DNA of 64,000 nucleotides from Pseudomonadota bacterium (GTDB lineage: Bacteria; Myxococcota; JACRCW01; JAFGSX01). The position numbers were made by a program, and so were the translations under genes. The notes under the pieces are model-generated. The model worked only from the letters and a program-made list of their open reading frames with translations, did not search any database and was not told the DNA's origin. Each line of letters begins with the position of its first letter. Within the stretch, counting starts at the first letter, position 1. The stretch spans positions 1 through 64,000 of the forward strand of contig JBDRCO010000063.1 in NCBI GenBank assembly GCA_043821645.1, in the 5' to 3' direction. Positions 33,643-43,483 of this stretch are shown here, in pieces.

Positions 33643-35151
33643 ATGTTCCTGACCTTGCGCCGCGCCTACCAGGTGTTCTTTCTCGGCCTGTTCCTGTTCC
33701 TGATCGGCGCCACCACCAGCGCCTTCGTCGGTGGTTTCCCGGTGTGGTGGTTCCTGGCCTTCGATCCCCTGGTTGCCTTGACCACGACCCTGGCGGGCCA
33801 CAGGCTCTACCACCTGCTCCTGTGGTCGGTGCCCCTCGTCGTGGTGACGCTGCTGGTCGGACGCTTCTTCTGCGGGTGGATCTGCCCCATGGGGGTGCTG
33901 CATCAGGCGATTGGCTGGCTGGCGAGGCCGCGCAAGATCTCCGCGCGCCTCAAGCTCAACGCGCCGCGCGCACTGTATCGCACGAAGTACCTCGTGCTGC
34001 TGTTCATGCTCGGCGCTGCCGCCCTGGGTTCGACCCAGATTGGCTGGCTGGATCCCATCGCCTTCACCTGGCGCGCCCTGTCCACGTCGCTGGTGCCGGC
34101 AGCGGACCGCATGGCCTTCGGGCTGTACCAGGGCGAGCGCCATTTTCACACCTCGACCTTGATCGCCACCCTGTTCCTGGCGGCGCTGGCCCTCAACCTG
34201 TGGACACAGCGGCTGTACTGCCGCCTGCTGTGCCCGCTGGGCGCCCTGCTCGGGCTCACCAGCAAGCTATCGCTGTTCCGGCTGACCCGTGATCTGCAGA
34301 CCTGCACCGACTGTAAAAAGTGCGGCGGCGACTGCCAGGGCGCGGCCGATCCCCAGGGTACGCTGCGCCAGACCGAGTGCCTGCTCTGCCTCAACTGCGT
34401 GTACGACTGCCCCGAAGGCAGCATGTCCCTGCGCTTCCTGCCCTCGCCCGAGCTCACCACCGTCGATATCGATCTTGGCCGCCGGCGCTGGGTCGGCGCT
34501 GCCGTGGCCGGAGCCGCCCTGGTACCGCTGGCACGGGCCTCCGACGGCGTGGAGCCGCGGCCGAACCCCGAACGCATCCGGCCTCCGGGATCACTTTGTG
34601 AAGAGGACTTCTTGGGCCGCTGCATCAAGTGCGGCGCCTGCATGAAGGTCTGCCCCACGGCCGCGCTGCAACCGGCCCTCACCGAAGCCGGGCTCGAAGG
34701 CCTGTGGAGCCCCATCCTGGTGCCGCGCATCGGTTACTGCGAACACCAGTGCACACTGTGTGGGCAGGTCTGCCCCACCGGTGCCATTCGCCCGATCAGC
34801 GTCGGCGAGAAGCTCGGTCTGCCACCGAACGAGCAGCCCATCAGCATCGGCACCGCCTTCTTCGACCGCGGCCGCTGCCTGCCCTGGGCGATGGACACCC
34901 AGTGCATCGTGTGCGAGGAGGTCTGCCCGACCTCACCCAAGGCGATCTACTTCAAGCTCGAGACCGTCGTCGACAGACATGGCAAGAGCGTCCAGCTCAA
35001 GCGTCCCTTCGTGGAGCCAGCGCTCTGCATTGGCTGCGGCATCTGCGAAACGCGCTGCCCCGTGTTCGACCGCGCGGCCGTGCGCGTGACCAGCGTTGGC
35101 GAGACCCGTGACGTCGAGAACCGCATCGTGCTCGGCAAGGACAAGGTCTAG
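33643..35151 (+). CDS. Membrane polyferredoxin (NapH/MauN fused to NapG/MauM-type 4Fe-4S domains)
   Basis: GRFFCGWICP and YCRLLCPLG motifs, several CxxCxxCxxxCP motifs, IRPPG...F..RCIKCGACMKVCP. Confidence 0.88.
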   Translation: MFLTLRRAYQVFFLGLFLFLIGATTSAFVGGFPVWWFLAFDPLVALTTTLAGHRLYHLLLWSVPLVVVTLLVGRFFCGWICPMGVLHQAIGWLARPRKISARLKLNAPRALYRTKYLVLLFMLGAAALGSTQIGWLDPIAFTWRALSTSLVPAADRMAFGLYQGERHFHTSTLIATLFLAALALNLWTQRLYCRLLCPLGALLGLTSKLSLFRLTRDLQTCTDCKKCGGDCQGAADPQGTLRQTECLLCLNCVYDCPEGSMSLRFLPSPELTTVDIDLGRRRWVGAAVAGAALVPLARASDGVEPRPNPERIRPPGSLCEEDFLGRCIKCGACMKVCPTAALQPALTEAGLEGLWSPILVPRIGYCEHQCTLCGQVCPTGAIRPISVGEKLGLPPNEQPISIGTAFFDRGRCLPWAMDTQCIVCEEVCPTSPKAIYFKLETVVDRHGKSVQLKRPFVEPALCIGCGICETRCPVFDRAAVRVTSVGETRDVENRIVLGKDKV

Positions 35152-35173
35152 CCCAGCGCGCCAGGACCCAGCC

Positions 35174-35764
35174 ATGGATGACCCGTCTGCCCGCCCGCTT
35201 CTGACACTGGTGCAAGCCTGGCACGTCGAGGAGCGCGAACTGCTCCTCGAGAACAAGCTCTTCAAGGTGCGCTCGCGCTTCGCGCAGTCGCTCACCAGCG
35301 CGAACAAGCGGGGCACTTTTTTTTACATGGATAGCCTGGACTGGGTGAACGTCATCGCGCTGACGCCGGAGCGCCAGGTGGTGTGCATCGAGCAGTATCG
35401 CGTGGGCAGCAACGAGGTCACGCTGGAGATACCGGGCGGCATGTGCGACGCCGGCGAGGCGCCCCTGGACGCCAGTATCCGCGAACTTCGCGAGGAGACC
35501 GGGTACGCCGGGACCCGGGCCGAGATCATCGGCAGCGTGACCCCCAACCCGGCCATCCAGAACAACCGTTGCCACACCGCCCTGGTCCAGGACGCGCGCC
35601 TGCTGCACGCCGTCGCCTTCGATGACAACGAGGAGATCGGCGTGCGCCTGCTACCCCTGGAGCACATCGACGCACTGATCCTCAGCGGCGTCATCCACCA
35701 CGCCCTGGTGCTGGCAGCCTTCATGCAGCTCAAGGTTCACCTGGCGGGCGGAGGCACCGAGTGA
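35174..35764 (+). CDS. NUDIX hydrolase (ADP-ribose pyrophosphatase-like)
   Basis: Nudix box GGMCDAGEAPLDASIRELREETG; QYR, LEIPG. Confidence 0.9.
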   Translation: MDDPSARPLLTLVQAWHVEERELLLENKLFKVRSRFAQSLTSANKRGTFFYMDSLDWVNVIALTPERQVVCIEQYRVGSNEVTLEIPGGMCDAGEAPLDASIRELREETGYAGTRAEIIGSVTPNPAIQNNRCHTALVQDARLLHAVAFDDNEEIGVRLLPLEHIDALILSGVIHHALVLAAFMQLKVHLAGGGTE

Positions 35765-36612
35765 CGACGGAGAGAACCCTGCTCGGACGCACCAAACCCA
35801 TCATCGGCATGGTGCACGTGGGCGCCCTGCCCGGAACGCCGCGGGCTGCTGCGGACCTGCGCACCCTGGCGGTCCAGGCCGCCGCCGAGGCCCGCGACCT
35901 GGCGCGGGGCGGCGTCGACGCGGTGATGATAGAGAACATGCACGACCTGCCCTATCTGCGCCGTGAGGTCGGCCCCGAGATCGTTGCCGCCATGACCGCG
36001 GTGGGCCTGGCCGTGCGCGAGGCGATGGATCTGCCCCTGGGTGTCCAGATTCTTGCAGGCGCCAACCGCGCAGCGCTGGCCGTGGCCCAGGCCTGCGGTG
36101 CGAGCTTCATCCGTGCCGAGGGCTTTGCCTACGCCCACGTCGCCGACGAGGGCCTGATGGACGCGGCCGACGCCGGGCCCCTGCTGCGGTACCGCCGCGC
36201 GATGGGTGCCGACACCATCGCGGTGTGGGCCGACGTCAAGAAGAAGCACTCGAGCCACGCCATCACCGGAGATCTCGACGTGGGTGAGGTGGCGGCAGGC
36301 ACGCAGTTCATGGGTGCCAGCGCGGTCATCGTCACCGGCAACGCCACCGGCCACGCCGCGTCCGTCGACGATCTCGCAGCGGCGCGCGCAGCCTGCACCC
36401 TGCCCGTGGTGCTGGGCAGTGGCGCCACGCCAGATAACCTGGCTGCGCTGTGGCCTCACCTCGACGCGGTGATCGTGGGCAGCGATCTCAAGCTGGGAGG
36501 AGACTGGCGGCAGCCGGTCGAGCTGGCACGGGTGCAGCGTTTCATCGAGGCGGTGAACCGGCTGCGTTGCGCCGACGCCGGGATCCCGGGGGCCACCGCG
36601 GACGCTACTTGA
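35761..36612 (+). CDS. BtpA/SgcQ-family TIM-barrel protein
   Basis: KPIIGMVH..ALPGTP, IENMHDLPY, ADVKKKHS, IVTG.ATG, GSG, IVGS. Confidence 0.9.
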   Translation: MTTERTLLGRTKPIIGMVHVGALPGTPRAAADLRTLAVQAAAEARDLARGGVDAVMIENMHDLPYLRREVGPEIVAAMTAVGLAVREAMDLPLGVQILAGANRAALAVAQACGASFIRAEGFAYAHVADEGLMDAADAGPLLRYRRAMGADTIAVWADVKKKHSSHAITGDLDVGEVAAGTQFMGASAVIVTGNATGHAASVDDLAAARAACTLPVVLGSGATPDNLAALWPHLDAVIVGSDLKLGGDWRQPVELARVQRFIEAVNRLRCADAGIPGATADAT

Positions 36613-37732
36613 CCTTCTTCTCCTCGCCCAGCAACGCACCAACGTCGTCAAAGGTGTACTCGACCGTGGTCTTGACAGTCTTGGTGCGCTTGCCCTGCTT
36701 GACCTTCTGCTTGTCGATGTAGACCCACAGGGTCTTGCCCTTCTTCTGGCGGATGACGTTGGGCTTGCGCTTCCACTCGTTGCCGATGCGCTGCTGATCC
36801 GGGCTCTTGTCGGCGAGAAAAACCTGGAACGCCTCGTAGGCCTTGAGCTCCTTCTCGGCGCTCTTGAGCGCACGATCGAGCTTCTTGTTCTCCTTCTCGC
36901 ACAGCCCAGCTGCCTTCTTGAGGGGGATGGGCTTGCCCTCCTCGATGGCGAGCTCGTGATTGTTCATGCCCATGTCCTCGGCGAGCAGCTTGGCCGAGAC
37001 CTCGGCGCAGGACAGGTACTTGGTGCGCGCCTCGGTGTAGTCGTTGATCTTGTCCTGGGGCAGCGTGCGTTCGTCCGCGCGCTCCACGGCACGCCGGGCG
37101 TCCTTGATGTCCTCGCGCACCCGGGCTGCCCGGGCCACCCGCTCGGACCTGTCCGCGGTGCCCGCGAGCACGCGCGCCCTGGCCTCGATCTCGTTGGCGA
37201 ACTCGCCACCCACCTCGACCTTGCCCGTGCGCCTCGCCTCGTTGAGCGCATCCTGGGTGTCGGCGATGGCCTTGCGCAGTGCCACCACATCCTCGCTGGT
37301 GGCTTCCTGCTTCAGCACGCGCTCCGCGATCTCCGTGGCCTGCACCAGGGGCCGTCTCACGTCGGCCTCGGCGTCCAGCTTGATCTGCGCCGCACTGCGC
37401 TCCGCCGCCACCTTCTGCAGCTGGCGCAGGCGCCGCTTCACCGAGTCGTAGCGGGTGAACAGCATGGCGGCTTCGGGGTGCAGCTCGATCTCCTTGCGAT
37501 GGCGGGCCACGTAGCTGTCCAGATCCTTGGCCTCGCTGTTGGCCGTTTTGACGTCCTCGCGCACGATGGCGTCGTTGAGCCGCTCCATGCGGGTCTCGAA
37601 CTCGTTGGCGATGGGGTCCCCACGCCGACCGCCGGAGCCACCGGTGATGCAGCCCGTGGTCAGACTCGCCATCGCAGCCAGCAGCACCAGCGCGACGAAG
37701 ACACGTGTCCCGATGATACGGTCGGTGTACAT
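36605..37732 (-). CDS. Hypothetical coiled-coil lipoprotein with a basic C-terminal domain
   Basis: Lipobox SLTTGC after a hydrophobic stretch; long helical region; Lys-rich C-terminus; GAGG RBS. Confidence 0.75.
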   Translation of the reverse strand: MYTDRIIGTRVFVALVLLAAMASLTTGCITGGSGGRRGDPIANEFETRMERLNDAIVREDVKTANSEAKDLDSYVARHRKEIELHPEAAMLFTRYDSVKRRLRQLQKVAAERSAAQIKLDAEADVRRPLVQATEIAERVLKQEATSEDVVALRKAIADTQDALNEARRTGKVEVGGEFANEIEARARVLAGTADRSERVARAARVREDIKDARRAVERADERTLPQDKINDYTEARTKYLSCAEVSAKLLAEDMGMNNHELAIEEGKPIPLKKAAGLCEKENKKLDRALKSAEKELKAYEAFQVFLADKSPDQQRIGNEWKRKPNVIRQKKGKTLWVYIDKQKVKQGKRTKTVKTTVEYTFDDVGALLGEEKKVK

Positions 37733-37849
37733 GCCCTCAATCTAGCTCCCTCGCTCCCCCCCCGCAAATTGCTGACCTTTTCTCCCCGTCGCCAGCGGCA
37801 CCCCGGCTGCTCTCTCAGCCGCGCGCATTATCTAGCGGGGGGAGGCCCC

Positions 37850-38674
37850 ATGCGACGCCGCGATCTGCAACTCGACGCCCAGGGCCAGCCCCGGCGTCGC
37901 GATCTCCTCGAATGGCTTGGCGGCACGGCTGTGCTCGCCCTGACCAGCCCGCTGCTCAAGGCATGCACCACGCCGGGCGCCTGGCAGGCCCTGCCCGACG
38001 ACGCCGGACAGCTTGGAGTATCCGGCGCCAGCGACGCGGCGCTGCTGGACGGCGCCCCGAGGGATGCGTCTGGCGTCGAGGAGAGCGGACCCTCCGTCCT
38101 CGACTTCGCACCTGGCGACGGCACGCACCCTATCTTCGAGCATTGGGGAGAGCGCACCGTGGACCGTCAGGACCTGGCCAGCATCCTGGCGAGCTGGCAG
38201 CTCACGGTGCACGGCCTGGTGGAGTCACCACTGCAGCTGAGCTTTGCCGACCTGCTGCAGCGCCCGCGCCTTGACACCCTGGTAGATTTTCATTGTGTCG
38301 AGGGCTGGAGCATCCTCGACGTGCCCTGGAACGGCGTACACCTGTCCACCCTTCTCGACGAGGTGCGCCCCTACAGCAGCGCCACACATGTGACCTTTCA
38401 CACCATCGATGGTCGCTACAACGAGTCGCTGCCCCTGGAGATCGCGCTCGAGCCTCGGACCCTGCTCGCCTTCGGCGTGGGAGGCTCCACCCTGCCTCTG
38501 TCCCACGGCTTCCCCCTGCGCGCGGTGGTGCCCCGGCTGTGGGCTTACAAGAGCGCCAAGTACGTCAACCGCATCGAATTCACCAACCAGGCCGTGCAGG
38601 GCTACTGGGTGCACGCAGGCTATCCCTACCTGGGCGAGGTGCCTGCGGACAGGTTGCGCCAGGACAGGTTCTGA
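37850..38674 (+). CDS. Tat-exported molybdopterin oxidoreductase, sulfite-oxidase/MsrP(YedY)-like domain
   Basis: RRRDLL twin-arginine signal, WQLTVHGLV, DFHCVEGWS (Mo-ligand Cys), HGFPLRAVVP..YKSAKYV..IEF, GYW; GGAGG RBS. Confidence 0.88.
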   Translation: MRRRDLQLDAQGQPRRRDLLEWLGGTAVLALTSPLLKACTTPGAWQALPDDAGQLGVSGASDAALLDGAPRDASGVEESGPSVLDFAPGDGTHPIFEHWGERTVDRQDLASILASWQLTVHGLVESPLQLSFADLLQRPRLDTLVDFHCVEGWSILDVPWNGVHLSTLLDEVRPYSSATHVTFHTIDGRYNESLPLEIALEPRTLLAFGVGGSTLPLSHGFPLRAVVPRLWAYKSAKYVNRIEFTNQAVQGYWVHAGYPYLGEVPADRLRQDRF

Positions 38675-38757
38675 AGCACGCCAGGCACGTCTGCCGCTGT
38701 TGACTGGGCTGTCCCGCGATCGCATGCTCCCCACTGGTAACGCACAGCGGAGTCACC

Positions 38758-39594
38758 ATGGAAGACCGCGTGATCAGCGCCATGCAACAGCTTGGCTTCA
38801 CGGCCACCGACGCCAAGGCCTACATTGGGCTGCTCAAGAGTCACCCTGCCACGGGTTACGAACTCGCCGCGCGCACCGGCGTGCCGCGCTCCGCCATCTA
38901 CAACGTCCTTGGCCGCCTCGAATCGCTCGGTCTGGTGAACGTGGTGCACGAGAAACCGGCACGTTACCTGCCGCTCAAACCCGACCGCCTGTTCGAGATG
39001 CTCAGCGCCCGCTTCTCCAACTCCCTGGGTGATCTCAAGGGCGCGATCCAGGGCCTGAGCGTGCGCCCGCAGGAGGCGGCAACCTGGACCCTGGTGGGCT
39101 ATCGCGCCATGCTCGAGCAGGCCAGTGCCCTGGTGCACAGCGCCGAGCAGCGGGTGGTGGCGTCGCTGTGGGCGCGGGAGGCCCAGGCGCTGGAACCCGC
39201 ACTGCAGGGTGCCCTGGCCCGCGGTGTCGATGTGGTGCTGTTCTCCTTCAATCCCATCGCGGAGACTCTCGGTACGATCCTCAGCTACGGCATCCCCGAG
39301 GACAAACTCGAGACCTACTGGCGCCACAAGATCATCCTCATCGCAGACCAGTCTCGCCTCATCGTCGGTGGCGCGGATCAAAGCGACGACACGCGCTCCG
39401 TCGTCACCGAGGAGCAAGCGCTGGTGGAGATGGCCTTGTCGAACCTGGTCCTCGACATCACGCTTTATGGCCAGCGCACGGGCCGCGACACCGGACAGAT
39501 CATCTCCCATCTGACGGCTCACCTGGCTCCTGTCGAGGATCTGGTCGAGGCCGCCCTGCATCAGGGTCCGGCCTCAGGGCACGCCATCGCCTGA
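38758..39594 (+). CDS. TrmB-family transcriptional regulator
   Basis: LGFT..DAKAY..LL, TGYELA..TGVPRS.IY.VL..L wHTH plus a C-terminal effector domain. Confidence 0.88.
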   Translation: MEDRVISAMQQLGFTATDAKAYIGLLKSHPATGYELAARTGVPRSAIYNVLGRLESLGLVNVVHEKPARYLPLKPDRLFEMLSARFSNSLGDLKGAIQGLSVRPQEAATWTLVGYRAMLEQASALVHSAEQRVVASLWAREAQALEPALQGALARGVDVVLFSFNPIAETLGTILSYGIPEDKLETYWRHKIILIADQSRLIVGGADQSDDTRSVVTEEQALVEMALSNLVLDITLYGQRTGRDTGQIISHLTAHLAPVEDLVEAALHQGPASGHAIA

Positions 39595-39739
39595 GCAGAT
39601 CTGGCCCGCTCGCCTCCGGATCCACCGCCCCCCCCTTGCCTTTTGCACCCCGTCCCGGGCTGGTTTCCAACCTGAATCTCCGGCGATCCTGAGAGCTTTC
39701 CTGTCTTCGCCGGCGCTCTCGGTGGTTCCCCAGGAGAGA

Positions 39740-39826
39740 AAATATATCTCTTACTAAACATGTAAGATATTGTTTTTCATTGCCTTTCTCGTTATAGCGT
39801 AATTACGATATCTAGATTACTGAATA
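39740..39826 (+). promoter_or_regulatory. AT-rich promoter/operator of the arsR-psr operon
   Basis: Sharp AT island; TTGCCT-18nt-TACGAT (39780-39809); palindromes CTTAC-N7-GTAAG (39750-39766) and CGTAATTACG (39798-39807); ATCT-N8-GAAT (39810-39825). Confidence 0.6.
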
Positions 39827-39837
39827 CTGGAGCTCCG

Positions 39838-40143
39838 GTGTTAAACGACCCGCGCAATGCTGACCTGGCGGCAGACCTGCTCAAGGCCATCGCCCACCCG
39901 ACGCGGCTGCGCATCGTGGCGGCGCTGGTGCACGGAGACCTGCACGTCGGTGGTCTGGCCGAACATCTGGGCCTCAAGCAACCCATCATCTCGCAGCAGC
40001 TCAAGATCCTGCGGCTCAAGGGTCTGGTCGATGTGACCCGCGCCAACGGCCTGGCCACCTACCGGATCATCGAGCCCCACCTCGAGACCATCGTCGGCTG
40101 CATGCAGCGCTGTCTGCTCAGCCGGCAGGAGAACCACCGATGA
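39838..40143 (+). CDS. ArsR/SmtB-family transcriptional repressor
   Basis: LKAIAHPTRLRIV, ISQQLKILR..GLV; C-terminal CxxxC; overlaps the psrA start. Confidence 0.9.
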   Translation: MLNDPRNADLAADLLKAIAHPTRLRIVAALVHGDLHVGGLAEHLGLKQPIISQQLKILRLKGLVDVTRANGLATYRIIEPHLETIVGCMQRCLLSRQENHR

Positions 40144-42392
40144 GCTTCTCCCGTCGTCAATTCATCCAGATCGGCGCCGGTGGCGTCGGTGCAGCCGCGG
40201 TGTCGGGACTGTCGACGAACTGGTGGGGCCTGGACCGCAATCCCGTTCCGGATCCCCAGACCGACGGCGAGCAGGTCATCCCGACCTTCTGCGAGCTGTG
40301 CTTCTGGAAGTGCGGTGTGCTGGCCCACGTCAAGGATGGCGTGGTGACCAAGCTCAAGGGCAACCCCGCCCACCCGCTGTCCCGGGGCCGCCTGTGCCCG
40401 CGCGGCGTCGGTGGCACGGGCCTGCTGTACGACCCCGATCGCCTGAAGAAGCCGCTCATCCGTGTCAACGCCCGCGGCGGCCAGGAGTTCCGGGAAGCGA
40501 GCTGGGACGAAGCCCTGGACCACATCGCCGAGAAGTTGGGCGAGGTGCGCCAGAAGCACGGCCCGGAGGCGGTGGCGCTGTTCTCCCACGGCTACGGCGG
40601 GTCGTGGTTCAAGCACCTGTGCAAGGCCTGCGGCACACCCAACATCAGCGCGCCGTCCTATGCCCAGTGCCGTGGCCCACGCGAGGTGGGCTACTACCTG
40701 ACCTTCGGCAGCGGCCTGGGATCGCCAGAGCCCCTGGACATCGAGAACGCTCGCTGCCTGGTGTTCCTGGGCTCGCACCTGGGCGAGAACATGCACAACA
40801 CCCAGGTGCAGGAGTTTGCCGAGGCCATCTCCCGCGGCGCCGAGCTGGTGGTGGTGGACCCGCGCTTCTCGACGGCCGCCGGCAAGGCGCGCTACTGGTT
40901 GCCCATCAAGCCCGGCACCGATCTGGCCTTGCTCCTGGCCTGGATGAACGTGATCCTCGAAGAGAAGCGCTACGACGCGGACTACCTGCAGAGCTTCGCC
41001 ACGGGTCTCGACGAGCTCAAGACGCACGTGGCGGACAAGACGCCGGAGTGGGCCTATCCCATCACCGGCATCCGCCCGGAGCTGATCCGCGAGACCGCGC
41101 GCTTCATCGCCTCGTTCAGACCCGCGACCTTGATCCACCCGGGCCGCCGCACCACCTGGTACGGCGATGACACCCAGCGCGGCCGCGCCATGGCCATCCT
41201 CACGGCCCTGTTCGGCGCCTACGGCCACCGCGGCGGCATCCTGATGACCTCGGCCATGGAGATCCCCAAGTTCCCGCTGAACAAGCCCTACCCCGAGCAC
41301 AAGGACATCGTGGACAGGCCCAAGCCCAGCATGTACCCGCTTGCCGACGAGGTGCTGGCCTCGGGCGTGTGCGACGCCAGCATTCCGGGCACCGCGGGGT
41401 ATGACGTCAAGGCCTGGATCGTCTATGGCACCAACCTGCTGCAGTGCCTGCCCAACCCCGAGCAGACCAAGAAGGCCATACAGGCGCTCGAGTTCATCGT
41501 GGCCATCGACGTGATGCCGTCGGAGATCTGTGGCTGGGCCGACGTGGTGCTGCCCGAGTGCACTTATCTGGAGCGTTGCGACGAGGTATGGGCGCCCGCC
41601 TACAAGCAACCCTTCCTGGCTGTGCGCCAGGCCGTGGTCGAACCCATGTACGAGTCCAAGCCCGGCTGGTGGATCGCCGCCGAGCTGGCCCGGCGCTCTG
41701 GCCACGGCGACTACTTCCCGTGGAAGGACAGCGTCGAGTACGCGATGGCGCGGGTGAAGGCTGCTGGTCTGGACTGCGACCAGCTCAAGAAGACAGGTGT
41801 GGCCCTGGGTAAGATCACGCCGACCTGCATCGAGGAGGGCTTGACCCCGACCTTTGACACGCCCAGCGGCAAGATCGAGCTGCACTCTCCGCAGCTCGCC
41901 GCCCTGGGCTTTGATCCCATCCCCAACTTCACACCGCCGGACGAACCGCCCCCGGGCATGTTCCGGTTGCTGTTCGGGCGTTCGCCCGTGCACACCTTTG
42001 GCCGCACCACCAACAACCCGGTGCTGACCAATCTGCAGGCCGAGAACGAGGTGTGGATCAACGCCGACGTGGCGCGGGAGCTGCCCGGTCTCGACGGACC
42101 GCTGCAGGACGGCGAACGCGTGGTGCTGGTCAACCAGGACGATGTGCGCTCGAACTCCGTGCGTGCCAAGGTCACCCAGCGCATCCGCGGCGACTGCGTG
42201 TACCTGGTGCATGGCTTTGGCCACACCGCGCCCGGACTGCGCTTCGCCCGAAACCGCGGTGCCAGCGATAGCGAGCTGGTCACCCGCTTCAAGGTCGATC
42301 CCATCATGGGCGGTACCGGCATGAACGTGAACTTCGTGCGCATCGAGCGCGCGCCCAAGGCGTCCACCGCCGAGAGCGGGAGGTCCGCATGA
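40140..42392 (+). CDS. psrA: Thiosulfate/polysulfide reductase catalytic subunit (bis-MGD, Tat)
   Basis: SRRQFI Tat signal; CELCFWKC...LCPRG FS0 motif; YAQCRG Mo-ligand Cys; GENMHN; HPGR; HTFGRT. Confidence 0.85.
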   Translation: MSFSRRQFIQIGAGGVGAAAVSGLSTNWWGLDRNPVPDPQTDGEQVIPTFCELCFWKCGVLAHVKDGVVTKLKGNPAHPLSRGRLCPRGVGGTGLLYDPDRLKKPLIRVNARGGQEFREASWDEALDHIAEKLGEVRQKHGPEAVALFSHGYGGSWFKHLCKACGTPNISAPSYAQCRGPREVGYYLTFGSGLGSPEPLDIENARCLVFLGSHLGENMHNTQVQEFAEAISRGAELVVVDPRFSTAAGKARYWLPIKPGTDLALLLAWMNVILEEKRYDADYLQSFATGLDELKTHVADKTPEWAYPITGIRPELIRETARFIASFRPATLIHPGRRTTWYGDDTQRGRAMAILTALFGAYGHRGGILMTSAMEIPKFPLNKPYPEHKDIVDRPKPSMYPLADEVLASGVCDASIPGTAGYDVKAWIVYGTNLLQCLPNPEQTKKAIQALEFIVAIDVMPSEICGWADVVLPECTYLERCDEVWAPAYKQPFLAVRQAVVEPMYESKPGWWIAAELARRSGHGDYFPWKDSVEYAMARVKAAGLDCDQLKKTGVALGKITPTCIEEGLTPTFDTPSGKIELHSPQLAALGFDPIPNFTPPDEPPPGMFRLLFGRSPVHTFGRTTNNPVLTNLQAENEVWINADVARELPGLDGPLQDGERVVLVNQDDVRSNSVRAKVTQRIRGDCVYLVHGFGHTAPGLRFARNRGASDSELVTRFKVDPIMGGTGMNVNFVRIERAPKASTAESGRSA

Positions 42393-42925
42393 CCCGCTAT
42401 GCCATGACCATGGATACCCGGCGCTGCGTCGCCTGCCAGGCCTGCGTGCTGTCGTGCAAGGCCGAGAACAAGGTGCCCGCCGAGGGCTTTCGCGACTGGG
42501 TGGTGCAGGTGACCAGCGGAAAGTTTCCGACGCTGCAGCAGGAGAATCGCTCCGAGCGATGCAATCACTGTGCGTCGCCCGCCTGCGTGGCGGCCTGCCC
42601 CACCGGTGCCAGCCACGTCGGCGAGGGTGGCACTGTGCTGGTCAACTACAACAAGTGCTCGGGCTGCAAGGCCTGCATCGCCGCCTGCCCCTACGGTGCG
42701 CGCTACGTGCACAGCGAGGGCTGGATAGACAAGTGCACCTTCTGCCTGCACCGCGTGGTCGAGGGCAAGAGGCCTGGCTGCGTGGAGATCTGTCCCACCG
42801 GCTCGCTGGTCTTTGGAGATCTCGACGACCCGGACAGCGAGGTGTCGAAGCTGCTGCGCGCGCGCGGCCACAAGGTGCTCAAGCCAGAACAGGGGCTGAA
42901 GCCGCAGATGTACTTCCTGACCTGA
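42389..42925 (+). CDS. psrB: Polysulfide reductase 4Fe-4S subunit (PsrB/NrfC/DmsB family)
   Basis: CVACQAC..C, CNHC..PACV..CP, CSGCKAC...CPY, KCTFC...C...CP. Confidence 0.9.
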   Translation: MTRYAMTMDTRRCVACQACVLSCKAENKVPAEGFRDWVVQVTSGKFPTLQQENRSERCNHCASPACVAACPTGASHVGEGGTVLVNYNKCSGCKACIAACPYGARYVHSEGWIDKCTFCLHRVVEGKRPGCVEICPTGSLVFGDLDDPDSEVSKLLRARGHKVLKPEQGLKPQMYFLT

Positions 42926-42964
42926 GTCCGGATGCGGGCCGACGACCCCGCGAGGAGAGGACGC

Positions 42965-43483
42965 ATGGAAACCAAGGAACAGAAATTCTGGAACCCCTAC
43001 CTGGCCGGCGTGGCACTGGGCCTGGTTCTCCTGGCCTCCTTTGTCATCATGGGTCAGGGCCTGGGGGCGTCGGGAGCGGTGTACCACGCAGGCGTCGCAG
43101 CCCTGGCCGCGGTGGCGCCTGACCACGTCGCCAGCAGCCCCTACATGGGCAAGCTCATCGCCGACGGCAAGAGTCCCTGGGACAACTTCTTCGTGTTCCT
43201 GGTGCTGGGTGCCTTCCTCGGCGGCGCGGTGTCGTCGTACGCCGCGGGACGCATGAAGCTCGGCGTGTACAAGGGACCGCGCATCAGCGTGCCCTGGCGC
43301 CTCACCCTGGCCCTCTCGGGTGGCATCCTGATGGGCTTCGCCGCGCGCTTGACCCGGGGCTGCACCTCGGGCCAGGCACTGTCGGGCGGCGCCATGCTGT
43401 CCGCGGGGAGCTGGATCTTCATGCTGTCGGTGTTCGCCGGCGGCTACGCGGTGGCGTACTTCATCAGGAGGGAGTGGATATGA
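42965..43483 (+). CDS. YeeE/YedE sulfur-transporter half-subunit
   Basis: WNPYLAGV, GASG, GGILMGFAARLTRGCTSGQAL. Confidence 0.88.
   Translation: METKEQKFWNPYLAGVALGLVLLASFVIMGQGLGASGAVYHAGVAALAAVAPDHVASSPYMGKLIADGKSPWDNFFVFLVLGAFLGGAVSSYAAGRMKLGVYKGPRISVPWRLTLALSGGILMGFAARLTRGCTSGQALSGGAMLSAGSWIFMLSVFAGGYAVAYFIRREWI

Noticed and set aside
36956-37849. Long N-terminal extension of the Mo-oxidoreductase ORF
   Set aside because: Overlaps the opposite-strand lipoprotein gene; the real start is ATG 37850 with GGAGG RBS and Tat motif
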